NCBI RefSeq assembly: GCF_044704955.1
Contig: NC_091985.1
Location: 203,732,001-203,796,000, forward strand
Reading direction: 5' to 3'
Source of the DNA: Pristiophorus japonicus
Taxonomy: Eukaryota
Length of the DNA stretch: 64,000 bases
Numbering within the stretch: position 1 is the stretch's first letter; the number at the start of each line of letters is the position of its first letter. This document shows positions 42,321 through 54,169 of this stretch, in pieces. The position numbers and the translations under genes are program-made. Under the pieces are notes generated by a model that ran no database searches, was not told the DNA's origin, and saw only the letters and a list, made by a program, of their open reading frames with translations.

Positions 42321-42465
42321 AAAGGGACAGTGGGATTGTGATACATCTTGATTTCAGTGCAGAGAGGAGGGAGAGCAATTTTGGGCAAAACATAAAGAAA
42401 ATGTAAGATTGAAAATTGTGTATTCTGAAATTCTCTCCTGCACTTACAGTCATTAGTAATGTCAG

Positions 42466-43865
42466 GGCATTACATGGAGAGGACGTGCAGAAGGGAAGAT
42501 TGAAGCAAAGATCACGTCAAGATCTGACAGAGTCAGGGCCTGAATATTGTCGGCATATGGAAGTGGAAAGCAGCAATCTGAGAACGGACAAACCTTACGC
42601 GTGATCCCTTTGTGGACACTCCTTCAGCCGACCATCCAGCATGGGGAGACACAAGTGCAGCGGTACTGTGGAGAGACCCCATCAATGTGGGGACTGTGGG
42701 ACGAGAGTAAACTCTGTGTCTCAGCTAAAAACTCATCAACACAGTTACACCAGAAAATGGCCATTCATCTGCTCCGTGTGTGTGAAGGGATTTAACCACT
42801 CGTGGAAACTGCTGAGACACCAGGGAGAGACCGTTCGCCTGCTCTCACTGTGAGAAGAGGTTTACACAGTCTTACAATCTGTTGTCACACGAGTTGGTTC
42901 ACAGCGAGGAGAGACCTTTTCAATGCTCTGACTGTGAGCAGAGCTTTAAATGGTCCAGCAACCCGATACAGCACCAGCGCTGTCACACTGGCCATTCATC
43001 TGCTCAGTGTGTGGGAAACGATTCACTCATTCATCCGCCCTGCTGGTACACCCTGCGAGTTCACACTGCAGAGAGGCCGTTCATCTGCTCAGTGTGTGGG
43101 AAGCGATTCACGTGTTCATCCGCCCTGCTGGTACACCAGCGAGTTCACACTGGGGAGAGGCCGTTCACCTGCTCCGTGTGTGGGAAGCGATTCACGTGTT
43201 CATCCGCCCTGCTGGTACACCAGCGAGTTCACACTGGGGAGAGGCCGTTCACCTGCTCCGTGTGTGGGAAGCGATTCACTTGTTCATCCACCCTGCTGGT
43301 ACACCAGCGAATTCACACTGGGGAGAGGCCGTTCACCTGCTCAGTATGTGGGAAGCGATTACTCAGTCATTCAATCTGCTGACACACCAGCAGATTCACA
43401 CCGGGGAGAGACCGTTCTCCTGCTCCGTGTGTGGGAGGGCATTCACTCATTTATCCTACCTGCATGTGCACCAGCGAGTTCACACTGACGAGAGACCCTA
43501 TAAATGCCCCGAATGCAAGAGGAGCTTTAAAAGCACTGAGGAACTAAAGATGCATCAACCGGGGAGAGGCCGTTCAGCTGCTCTCACTGCGGGAAGAGGT
43601 TTGGGAGGTCAGCGACCCTGGTGAGTTCACAGCGAGGAGGCACCGTTTAAATGTTCCGACAGTGAGAAGAGCTTCAGGAGCTCCAAAGACCGTTGACGAG
43701 AGCCCGTTCAAATCCTCTCATTGAGGTAAGACGTGTACACAATCATCCGGCCTTCTGAAACATGAGTGGCTTCACACCGGGGAGAGGCCGTTCCCCTGCG
43801 CCCTGAGTGAAAAGTGATTCACCAGTCCATCTGACCTGCTGAGACACCAGCGAGTTCACACTTCA
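42466..43865 (+). pseudogene. C2H2 zinc-finger array pseudogene (frameshifts and stops)
   Basis: Fingers spread over several frames ([27 protein letters not shown]). Conserved ATCACGTCAAGATCTGACAGAGTC leader at 42511. Confidence 0.9.
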
Positions 43866-44399
43866 CTGCAGTGGTCTGATTCTGCAATTAATCACACTCA
43901 GGCCTGACCCATGTTAATTATGGTATTTTAGGGGGTTTGTTGATGCTGATAATAACCCAGAATAATTAGACTGGAGTTTAATATTCTGTATATACGTCTG
44001 TTGGAAGATAAATGCTCCTTTTATGCCGGAATTTCGTGCTAAACAATGAGAAAGTGGCTAACACTAGCATCATGGGTAAGCAAAGTTAGCCTGAGGTCGA
44101 ACATGCAGCCAGTCTCGTGGCCCCACAAGTGCTTTGCTGACACAAAAGCCTCAGGAAAACATGTTTCTGAGCAAAGCGGCCAGAAGAGGAAGATCAGGTG
44201 AAGACAGAGACAGAGAGGTGATAGAAGGCACTGGAGAAAGAAAGGAGTGAACAGTCTGCAGCTTTGAGACAGTGGAAATAAGAGAGGGGTCTCTGAAGCA
44301 GCTGTGGTTCTACTGCCGTGTTCTCATGTTCACTGACCCGAGTTATACACAGGAACAATTATATAAGTGGGGGAGGGGGAGGGGGGGGGGGTGGTTAAG

Positions 44400-45340
44400 G
44401 GGAATAAATTTGCGGATGCCACAAAATTGGGGGGGTGGGTGTAGGGAATAGTCAATACTGAGGATGACAGCAACACGCAACACATTACAAGAAGACTTTA
44501 ATAAACTTGCAGAATGGACATATAATTGGTAAATGATTTCAATACAGATAAGTGTAAGATTTTGTTAAGAAAAATAAGGAGGTCACATATTGCATGGAAA
44601 ATATGTATCTAAATGGGGTTGCAAAGCAAAGGGAACTTAAAAATACAAGTACACAAATCACTAAAAGTAGCGACGCAGGTTGATAAGGCCATAAAAAAGC
44701 AAACCAAGCACGAGGGTTTATTTATAGAGGGATAGAATTGAAAAGTAGAGAAGTAATGCTAAACTTGTATCGAACCTTCGTTGGAGCATGCTTGTGTATA
44801 ATTCTGGTCAGCATATTATAAAAAGGTTTATAGAGGTATAGAGAGGGTGCAACAAAGATTTACAAGGATGATACCAGAAATGTGAGGTTATATTTATCAG
44901 TAAAGGATGAACAGGCTGAGTTTCTTTTTTCTTGAAAGGTGATAGCTGAGGGGGGGGTGACCGAATAGAGGTATTTTTAAATTATGAAAGGTTTTGATAG
45001 AGTAGATACAGAGAGAATGTTCCCACTTGTGGCAAAGGGCATAACTAGAGGCCATCAATATAAGATAGCCACCAAGAAATCCAATAGAGAATTTAGAAGT
45101 AACTTCATTACCCAAAGAATGGTGAAAATGTGGAACTCGCTACCACAGGGAGTGGTTTAAGCAAATAATATAGATGCATTTCAGGGGAGGCTAGACAAGA
45201 CCATGAGGGAGAAGGGAATAGAGGATTATGCTGATAGTGTCAGATATCGAAGGATGGGAGGAGGTTCGAGTGGAGCATAAATGCCGGCATGGATTGGTTG
45301 GGCTGAAGGGCCTGTTTCTGTGCCGTATATTCTATGTAAT
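44400..45340 (+). mobile_element. Degenerate CR1 3' fragment (same subfamily as 40158-41265)
   Basis: Colinear with 40345-41260 (AAATTTGCGGATG..., GAGGCCATCAATATAAGATAG...). Confidence 0.85.
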
Positions 45341-46113
45341 TAGTTACCCATCATATTGGGAGAACGGAGCCCAGCTCCTTGACTCAGCCGAGGTTCTACC
45401 CGGGTCATGAGGGTGTAATCACTGACGGCTTGTGGTAGAGCAGGTGTCGTAGGATTGATGTCTAGCTAAGACTGTGATGCTTGGTTAAATTCGGATGGAC
45501 TTTGGACAAATAAAGTTTTACACCCAACTGAAGTGTCTTTGTGAGTTTGTTGAATCAACTGACATGACACCTGGTGAGTGCGATAATGTCAAATCAGTCA
45601 GTTTTAAGAATAAAATTGTGCAGTGTTAAATTTATCCATTATAATAAACATTAAATTTAAGAAGCCTTTTTTTAAAGTTTGTTCATCTTTATTTCAGGTT
45701 CGCTGTTTCCCCATATGGGAGCCCCAATCTTTGTTTTGTTGTAACATTTTTCTAAGAAGTAAACATTTATAGAGCTTATCCACTTCTTTGTTCGTGTTGA
45801 GAATTCTGTGTTTTGATTGGCTGTTTCGGCAGCTTGTTGACATCACAGCAACTCGCGCTCGGGGATTCCCACTGCACTCTGTTGATTTGAATAACACGTC
45901 GGAAAACACGAACATCTCGACACAGAGATTGCCACATCTTTGTGGGAAGCTTACTTTGGGGCCGGGGGTGAAAGTATTTGCTTCACTGCTGACCACAAAT
46001 TCCGGGCCATTATTAAACAGTTTTTGCAAAGTGACAGAGGCTGTCTCTGATACTGCAGGAAATGTGTATTTGAATAACTTATCAGGTGATGCTGATGTCC
46101 CTCTGAAAGGCCG

Positions 46114-46608
46114 CTCACTGTGGCTCCTCTCCCAGATTCCAGCCCCAGCTCTGTGTTCGCTGTGGCCCCTCTCCCAGATTCCAGCCCCAGCTCTGTGCTC
46201 ACTGTGGCCCCTCTCCCAGATACCAGCCCCAGCTCTGTGCTCACTGTGGCCCCTCTCCCAGATTCCAGCCCCAGCTCTGTGCTCACTGTGGCCCCTCTCC
46301 CAGATACCAGCTCCAGCTCTGTGCTCACTGTGGCCCCTCTCCCAAATTCCAGCCCCAGCTCTGTGCTGCCTGTGGCCCCTCTCCCAGATTCCAGCCCCAG
46401 CTCTGTGCTGCCTGTGGCCCCTCTCCCAGATTCCAGTCCCAGCTCTCCTCTCCCAGATTCGAGCCCCAGCTCTGTGCTCACTGTGGCCCCTCTCCCAGAT
46501 TCCAGCCCCAGCTCTGTGCTCACTGTGGCCCCTCTCCCAGATTCCAGCCCCAGCTCTGTGCTCACTGTGGCCCCTCACCCAGATTCCAGTCCCAGCTCTG
46601 GGCTCACT
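46114..46608. repeat. 42-bp minisatellite, ~11-12 copies
   Basis: CTCACTGTGGCCCCTCTCCCAGATTCCAGCCCCAGCTCTGTG units. Confidence 0.93.
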
Positions 46609-46629
46609 CAGCTGCTCTCACCTGGGGAC

Positions 46630-47470
46630 AGCGCGTCACAATCGGCCCCCGCACACCTGAGCTGGGCACCAGGCCCCGCCCCCTTGCTGCGCCGCCATTG
46701 GTTGGAGGACCCGCCGCCAGCTCGCTCCGCCCATCTCTGCCGGGGCTCTTCCTATTGGTCCGAGCTCCCGTCAGTCAGGCCGAGCACACGTGGTGCTGGG
46801 CGGGCAGTTTGAGGCGGTTTGTTCTGGAACTTTCCTTCAGCAGGATGGTGTGATTGACGGATGGGACAAGGATCCCGCAGCCTCTGCTGTTCAGGCCTGA
46901 ATCATTGGGCCGGTTAGCAACTTATTGAGGGCCTGCGGCCGGGGGTTGAGAAGCTGCTGCGATCCCGGGGGAACATCTTGTGGCGCCGCCCAGGTCCGTC
47001 AGTCTGGTCATTGGCAGCAACACCCGGGCTCGACCCCGCCCACAACCAGGCTCAGCCCCGCCTCTCGCACACTCCGATTGGTTGGAGGACCAACTGCCCG
47101 CTCGATCCTCCAGCCCCGCCCCCGCTCTTTCTATTGGTCCGGAGCTGCTGTCAATCACCCGGGCAATGTGAGCTGAGCATGCGCGGTGGGGCGGCTGTGT
47201 CTGAGGCAGCAGGTGAGAGATGGGCGGAGGGAGGGAACGGGTTAATAAACCCCGGGGGGCCGGCCGCGGACTTCACACACACTGAGTGCGTGCACAGGCC
47301 CCGCCCGTCCAAGAGACAACATTCCGCATTATCCGCTTCACACACACCCGCTGTGGGCCTCAGGCCCCGAACAACAACCTGCGGCTCCGGCTCAGGGAGG
47401 TTGGTTGCTAGGCACTGCAGTGATGTCATAAAGCAGGGCCATTCAGCCCAGCGGGTCCTCTCCTTGTCCC
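46630..47470. promoter_or_regulatory. CpG-island promoter: duplicated CCAAT/GC-box cassette, NRF1-like site, 5' splice site, X-box-like motif
   Basis: ATTGGTTGGAGGACC...CTATTGGTCC occurs at ~46696 and ~47077. TGAGCATGCGCG 47174, CAG|GTGAGA 47213, GTTGCTAGGCAC 47404. Confidence 0.75.
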
Positions 47471-47935
47471 TTTAAAGGTGGAGAGCTGGGACATCCTGTC
47501 TCAACACACATCCCCCCTGTTCATACTGAGAATCCCCGGGGAAGGGCCAGGGCCCAGAGTGTGCAACAAAACTAAGGGGGAAAGAGGAAGCGAGACGGTG
47601 CAGTGTGGGAAATGAGGGAGGAGTCTGCTCATTCCCAGGGGCAGATCGGACAAAGTGCTTTGAGTGGTGTGTCCAGCAATGAAAGTGAAACCAAACCAGA
47701 GGGAACAAATAAAAATGCAATCCAAGGGAAGCGGGAAGAAACCACAACCAGCCCAAAAGTGGGACTAATCGCCCCAAGGTCACTCAAGACAGTTAGCAAC
47801 TGCTCCTAGTGACTGTGTGGCTGCAGGACTCGGCTTCACTCCAGTGTTTAATGGCACAGAGTGCTGGCCTCACACCCAGGGGGTCAATGCATTAGAATTC
47901 CAGGGGCAGTGAGAACATGCTTGGAAATATCCCAG

Positions 47936-48275
47936 AGAACATAAGAAATAGGAGCAGGAGGCGGCCATTTGGCCCATTGAGCCTGCTCCGCCATTCAATA
48001 AGATCATGGCTGATGGGATCCTGGCCTCAACTCCACTTCCCTGCCCGCTCCCCAAAGCCCTTGACTCCGTTCTCCTTCAAAAATCTGTATCATCACTTAA
48101 ATATGTTCAAAGACCCATCCTACACAGCTCTCTGGGGTAGAGAATTCCAAAGATTCACCACCCTCAGAGAAGAAATTCCTCCTAATTTCTGTTTTAAATG
48201 GGCAACCCCTTATTCTGAAACTATGGCCCCTCGGTTCCCCCATGAGGGGAAACATCCTCTCTCATCTACCCTGTC
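47936..48275 (-). mobile_element. CR1 3'-end fragment
   Basis: Same tail as 7065-7400. Confidence 0.8.
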
Positions 48276-48782
48276 AGGAGCAGTGAAAGCTCAATGGGCC
48301 CCAGCATATGCTCATCGCAAAACCCCGGGAAAGGAAAAAGTCAGCTCTGAAGCCAGTTTGCTGCTCCTTCTGCCCAGCACTGCCTGCACCCCCAGCACAC
48401 GGAGGGGGAATTTTAGCCTCAGTATTACAGGTTTCATTTACAGGCTGGTGAGAGGAATAGTTCATACTGACACCGAGCTGTGTGTTTGGTTCAGTCTGTA
48501 TATGACTGATGGGCTCTTTTAAATTTGAGTGGTCATGTATTCGAATTCCCCGTAACTCTAATGGTGGATATAAAAGAGAGATGTGTTCAAATCAAAGAGT
48601 CTCCTTGGAGATTCTCAGAGAAGGAACAGGTCAGCTTGAAACGCTGAAAAAGAGAACATTTTTTATAAGTTTTCAATCAGCAGTTTTTGACCGATATTGA
48701 CTCCCACAGGGACAGAGAATTCTACAATAAGGAACTGGTCACGATTTGAAAGGTATTAAAGGATTCGAGGGGCTCTTACATT

Positions 48783-49086
48783 TGGGCTCTTTATTTTGTT
48801 CACTCGAGGAGTTAGACAACAGACTTCCTGCTGTCAATAAGGAGTTGGATTATTGGGCCGTGATGTATTTACTTGTTCATATTTTGTTAAATACATTTGC
48901 TGAGTGGATTTAAATTCAAGTAGAGGTTTGTAGGTGGGCTCTTTATTTTGTTCACTCGAGGAGTTAGACAACAGACTTCCTGCTGTCAATAAGGAGTTGG
49001 ATTATTGGGCCGTGATGTATTTACTTGTTCATATTTTGTTAAATACATTTGCTGAGTGGATTTAAATTCAAGACGAGGTTTGCAGG
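48783..49086. repeat. Near-perfect 152-bp tandem duplication
   Basis: TGGGCTCTTTATTTTGTTCACTCGAGG starts at 48783 and 48935. Confidence 0.92.
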
Positions 49087-49552
49087 CATGCTGCTCTATT
49101 CACACAGCGAAGGTGAGAGAGATGCTGTGAGGCACACGCTAAGTCCAGTAGCTGAACATGATTAACAAACTGTGTTTTGTGTTTAGTGATCCCGGGCATG
49201 TTACCGAGACCGTCCCTGGATACCAAGGCAAGGAGAGGCACTCTGGAAGGTAGGGGGAGCTGGGACTTGTCCCTGAGAGTAACGAACAGGTTTGAGAACT
49301 GAAATAATGTAGAGTTAGAATTGAAAAAAGGCCCAAAATAGAGCAGTCAGAAACAGGACATCAATTAGTCTCCTCTTATCTTGGAGACATTAAATATCGA
49401 CACACTGTTTTATTTGAAATATCAAAATATTAAACAACAGCCCAGTTACAGGGGTCATTAACATCAGCAGAAACAAACCCCAACTGTCAGAATGAACATG
49501 GTTCAGCCAGGATGTGCTCAACATCAGCAATAACAGTAGACTCCCACCCCTG

Positions 49553-50487
49553 CAGTCACTTGTGAACATGCTGGTGTGTCAGCAGGATGGATGAATGAGT
49601 GAATCCCTTCCCACACTCTGAGCAGGTGAACGGCCTCTCCCCAGTGTGAATTTGCTGGTGAGTAAGAAGTCTGGATGACTGAGTGAATCGCTTCCCACAC
49701 TCCAAACAGGTGAATAGGCTCTCCCTGGTGTGAACTTACTGGTGTGTTAGAAGGTTAAATGAACTAGTGGATCCCTTCCCACACTCAGCAGGTGAATGGC
49801 CTCTCCCCAGTGTGAACTCGCTGGTGTGTCAGCAGGGTTGATGATGAAGGGAATCCCTTTCCACACATGGAGCAAGTGAATGGGCTCGCCCCAGTGTGAA
49901 CTTGTTGGTGTGTCAGAAGGTTGGATGACTGAGTGAAATGCTTCCCACAGTCAGAGCAGATGAACGGCCTCTCCCCAGTGTGAACTCGCTGGTGCCTCAG
50001 CAGATGGGATGACCGAGTGAATCCCTTCCCACACATGGGGCAGGTGAATGGCCTCTCCCCGGTGTGACTGCATCGATGAGTTTCCAGCTCAGACGGGTAA
50101 CTGAATCCCTTTCCACAGTCCCCACATTTCCATGGTTTCTCCATGGTGCAGGTGTCCTTGTGACTCTCCATGTTTGGATGATCAGTTGAAGCCTCGTCCA
50201 CACACACAACACGTGTAATGGTTTCTCCGTGCTGTGAATGGTGCAATGTTTTTTCAGGTTGTGTAACTGGTTAAAGCTCCTTCCAGTCAGTGCACTGGAA
50301 CACTCACGCGGATGTGTGTGTCTCAGTGCTTTTCCAGTCATGCCGATTTGTGAAATATTTTCTCAAAGACAGAACAAGCAAATAATTCTCCTGCCACATT
50401 CAAAGGCCTGAGGAATCAAGTAACTGTCAGATCTTGACGTGATGTTTGGTTTCTGTTTCCAGTCTGAAAATCTCCCCTTCTAATATC
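49553..50487 (-). pseudogene. C2H2 zinc-finger array pseudogene
   Basis: [14 protein letters not shown]...HTGERPF fingers (ORF 49785-50246), a break at ~49787 and further disrupted fingers to ~49560. Acceptor TTTTACAG at ~50488. Confidence 0.9.
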
Positions 50488-50679
50488 CTGTAAAAGGAGA
50501 TTACAGAACTCATCACTAAGTATAGAACAGACAATTCTAGATTCTATGGAACATTCTTTCCTCTCTTGTTCCCCCAAAGCTGTAAATCCCCATCCGACTC
50601 TCTCCCTCCTCCCTGTGCTGAAAGCCAAACACATCGCACGTCTCAAGACAGTTTGTCCTCCGCTCCCAGTTTTCACCAC

Positions 50680-51012
50680 CAACTCTGGCTGGGTGCAATT
50701 CTACACTCACTGGTTCCCCTCCCTCTCCCTTCCCTGAAGGCGCTGACTCTGGCTGGGTTCAGTTCTACACTCACTGGTTCCCCTCCCCTGAAGGTGCTGA
50801 CTCTGGCTGGGTTCAGTTCTACACTCACTGGTTCTCCTCCCCTGAAGGTGCTGATTCTGGCTGGGTTCAGTTCTACACTCACTGGTTCCTCTCCCTCTCC
50901 TCCCCTGAAGGTGCTGATTCTGGCTGGGTTCAGTTCTACACTCACTGGTTCCCCTCCCTCTCCTCCCCTGAAGGTGCTGACTCTGGCAGGTTTCAGTTCT
51001 ACACTCACTGGT
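50680..51012. repeat. 54-63-bp ZNF-associated minisatellite (~6 copies)
   Basis: CTGACTCTGGCTGGGTTCAGTTCTACACTCACTGGTTCC units. Also at 56930-57035 and 61215-61305. Confidence 0.9.
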
Positions 51013-51024
51013 CACCTGAAATAT

Positions 51025-51815
51025 AAAAGAAAATAATGGAAATACTCAGGCAACATCTGTAGAGATAGAAATAGAGTTAGCGTATCAGGTCACTTTCCTT
51101 TCATCAGAACTGGAAAATAGGAGCAGGGGTCGGCCCTCCGGCCCCTCGAGCCTGCTCCGCCATTCAATAAGATCATGGCTGATCATCAACCTCAATTCCA
51201 CTTTCCCGCCCCATCTCCCTATCTCTTGATTCCCCGAGACTCCAAAAATCTATCTATCTCAGTCTTGAATATAAGTTTTAAATTAGTGCAGAGGCAGGGA
51301 AAGAGGGGAGGAAAGACAGGAGTGATTAAATGACAAAAGGGATGATGCAGCAAGGCAAAAGGAGATGGTGATGGGACAAGAAACAAAAGATGGGTCTGGA
51401 GGAGGTGTAAATGGAGATCATTACCAACAGCTGCTGTACTAAACAATGGGAGCGGTGGTTATGGTGAAATTGTGGAACTCAATGTTGAGTCCGGAAGGTG
51501 AAATTCTGTGCCTCGAGCGTTATTAGAACAGTGGAGGAGGCCGAGGAGAGAGAGGTCAGAGAGGGAGTGGTCGGGAGAATTTCAATAACAAGCGATCAGA
51601 AACTCAGAGTCACGCTTGCGACTGAACGAAGGTGTTCCGCGATGCGATCATCCAATCTGCATTTGGTCTCTCCAATGTAGAGGACACTGCATCGTGAGCA
51701 GCGAATATAGTATACTAAATTCAAAGTAGTACAATAAATCGTTGTTTCACCTGGAAGGAGTGTCTGTGGCCCTGGATGGTGGGAAGGGAGGAGGTGAAAG
51801 GGCAGGTGTTGTATT
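51025..51815 (-). mobile_element. Penelope-like element remnant (GIY-YIG endonuclease + decayed hammerhead motif), interrupted by a CR1 tail at ~51113-51270
   Basis: 51733-51620 reads CTTLNLVYYIRCSRCSVLYIGETKCRLDDRIAEHLRSV. CTGATGA...GATAC core at 51076-51113. Confidence 0.85.
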
Positions 51816-51821
51816 TCCTAT

Positions 51822-52123
51822 TTTAATGTAGGAAACGTGGCAGTTAATTTGTGCACAGAAAGCTCCCACAAACAGCAATGAACAGATAACGTATTTTCGT
51901 GATGTTGATTGAGGGATATATATTGGCCAGGACGCCGAGGTAACTCCCCTGCTCTTCTTCGATATAGTTCCATGGGATCTTTTAAATCCACTCGAGTTGC
52001 AGCCGGGTTCTCGGTTTAACGTCGCATCACAAGAGACGACATCTGACAGTGCAGTGCTCCCTCAGTGCTGCACTGGAGTGCCAGCCTGGACTTTTGTGCT
52101 CAAGTCTCTGGAGTGGGACTTGA
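51822..52123 (-). mobile_element. Deu-domain SINE (SacSINE1/AmnSINE1-like)
   Basis: Minus strand CACTCCAGTGCAGCACTGAGGGAGCACTGCACTGTC...GTTAAACCGAG...AAAAGATCCCATGG...GAAGAAGAGCAGGGGAG...GTCCTGGCCAATAT resembles the Deu core. Recognised from memory, not by alignment. Confidence 0.78.
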
Positions 52124-52473
52124 GCAGTTCAGAGAACAGGGTGATCTAAATCTGGGCCCACCTGTTACAATTCTATGGGCTGTAAACCGTCTCCCCGGCA
52201 ATTACCAGCACCTTCAGAAGAGATGCTGAGAAAGCCCGTGTGCAGAGTGAGAACAAAATCAATGAGTCAATGATTTTCTCTCCCGCCCACTCTTTGTTGC
52301 TTTACAAATATGGACAAAGAAGTTCCTTTGAACCATCCCAATTTATAACTATATTACATAAGATGTGAAATCAGTTATTTTCTGTAAAATTCTTTTTTGA
52401 TCAGTTTTCATAAAAATCCTCCACATATATTGCATATGACAGGGGACAAGAGAGAGAGGGAAACCAGTCTCTA

Positions 52474-52775
52474 TTTCTCCTTCATTTACAGACCCTCCCT
52501 GGTCTGTCACCAATTCTCCTTCATTTACGACGCTCCCTGACCAATCACCAATTCTCCTTCATTTACAGACCCTCTCTGACCATTCGCCATTTCTCCCTCA
52601 CTGACAGACACTCCCTGACCAATCACCAATTCTCCTTCATTTACAGACCCTCCCTGACCAATCACCAATTCTCCTTCATTTACAGACCCTCCCTGGCCTG
52701 TCACCATTTCTCCTTCATTTACAGGCACCCCCTGACCACTCCATGTTTCTGCTTCATTTGCAGACGCTCCCTGAC
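52474..52775. repeat. 39-bp minisatellite (~7-8 copies)
   Basis: CCAATCACCAATTCTCCTTCATTTACAGACCCTCCCTGA units. Confidence 0.85.
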
Positions 52776-52879
52776 GAGTCGCCGCTTTGTGGATCTTTCT
52801 GTTGTGGCTTTCAACAGAAGAAACCCTGTTGGGTGGGACAAACATTGCAATGTTTGGTAGTGAAATGGATTAGTTCAGG

Positions 52880-53400
52880 ACAGACAGCAGGGATTATTTG
52901 AGGAAATAACAGTGCAGTGAGAAAGGAAATGCAGTGGATGTTGTGTAGATGGATTGTCAAAAGGTGTTTGATAAGGTGCCGGACAGGAGGCTTGTTGATC
53001 AAATTAAGGCTCATGTTATTAAAGGGAGTGGGGCAGCGTGGAGAGGAAGTTGGGTATAGGACAGAAAACAGAGAATAGTGGTTAATGGATGCTCTTCAGA
53101 TCCAAGAAATGTAAACAGTGGTGTCCCCAGGGTCAGTGTTGGGACCATTGCTCTGCTCAATATAGAGAAATGATTTGGGCTTGGGTATATGGGGCACACG
53201 ATCAAAATCTCCAGAGGAGACCAAAAAAGGGCCCATGGCCAACTGAAAGGACTGTACATAGTTTCAGTGTGAATACACAGGTTAGTAAATGGGGCAGGTA
53301 GATGTCAGCTGAAATGTAACAGAGAGAAATGTGAGGTGATACATTTTGGGACAAGGAAATTTTAAGAAAAGTACATTAAATGGTAAAAATGTAAAAGCAG
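52880..53400 (+). mobile_element. Highly decayed CR1 RT fragment
   Basis: DNA remnants of VDVVY-D-QK-FDKVP, SGVPQGSVLGP and KCEVIHFG. Confidence 0.7.
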
Positions 53401-54067
53401 TAGAGAAGCAGAATAGGAAAGAGGTGTTAGATTCTAGCTAATGCCTTGTCCTGTTAATTAGCAAGTCCAGTGTCAGAAACTATTACCTTAGCAAATAAAT
53501 GTAAGATGAGCAGATTCTCTGTCCTCCACCGTAACTTATATTGACCCATCAATCAGAGTAAACATGCAAGTCCCGCGTGCCCACAGTAACTGACACAAGG
53601 TCAGCCCGCTGGATGGAACCTCGGGCGCCCTGAGCTTGATCTCCGGTGTCTCCAGTCCTGACTGTCCCCTTACATCAGTCTCCCCTCACTTTTATACACT
53701 GCAGTGATCCACCTCTGACACCTGACTCTTCTGTGTCTTCTCTGCTGGGTTTGGGCAGGAAGCTGGGAAAAGACAGCTGGAACTTCTCTAATCTGTGATT
53801 TACAAGGACACTTTCCCTGGTTCCCAGCAGTTACTTTTCTTCAGTAATTTTCTCATTATCTCTAAACTACCCTGCCTGCTGATAGTTGTTATTTCTTATA
53901 GTTTCACAATTATAGGGATAAACATCACACATTATAAATCTAATCTATTGTGACATTCACTCTGGTTTCAGCTTGCATTGTGGTTACTGACAGACAAACC
54001 CTGTTCATTCCCCTGATCTGATTACAGATTCCAACAGTGGATTCAGTGAATGGAATGTCTTATCAGT

Positions 54068-54081
54068 GTTGCCATGGCAAC
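54068..54081. promoter_or_regulatory. Perfect palindromic RFX X-box GTTGCCATGGCAAC
   Basis: Exact consensus match. Function not demonstrated. Confidence 0.5.
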
Positions 54082-54169
54082 CTGTCTGCACCGAATCGAT
54101 TGTCAAGTTTCTAACTCAGACTAAACTTCTCTTTCACGCTATACACATTATATCAGCCAGTTTATGTCA

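Noticed and set aside
45375-45580. Possible LTR end (AATAAA followed by ...ACACCTGGTG)
   Set aside because: No second LTR, no verifiable primer-binding site and no gag/pol sequence in the window.
45694-46812. 200-290-aa repetitive ORFs on both strands (also 36378-36900, 50566-51036, 52525-52845)
   Set aside because: Artefacts of stop-poor minisatellites whose unit length is a multiple of 3. They are open in several frames at once.
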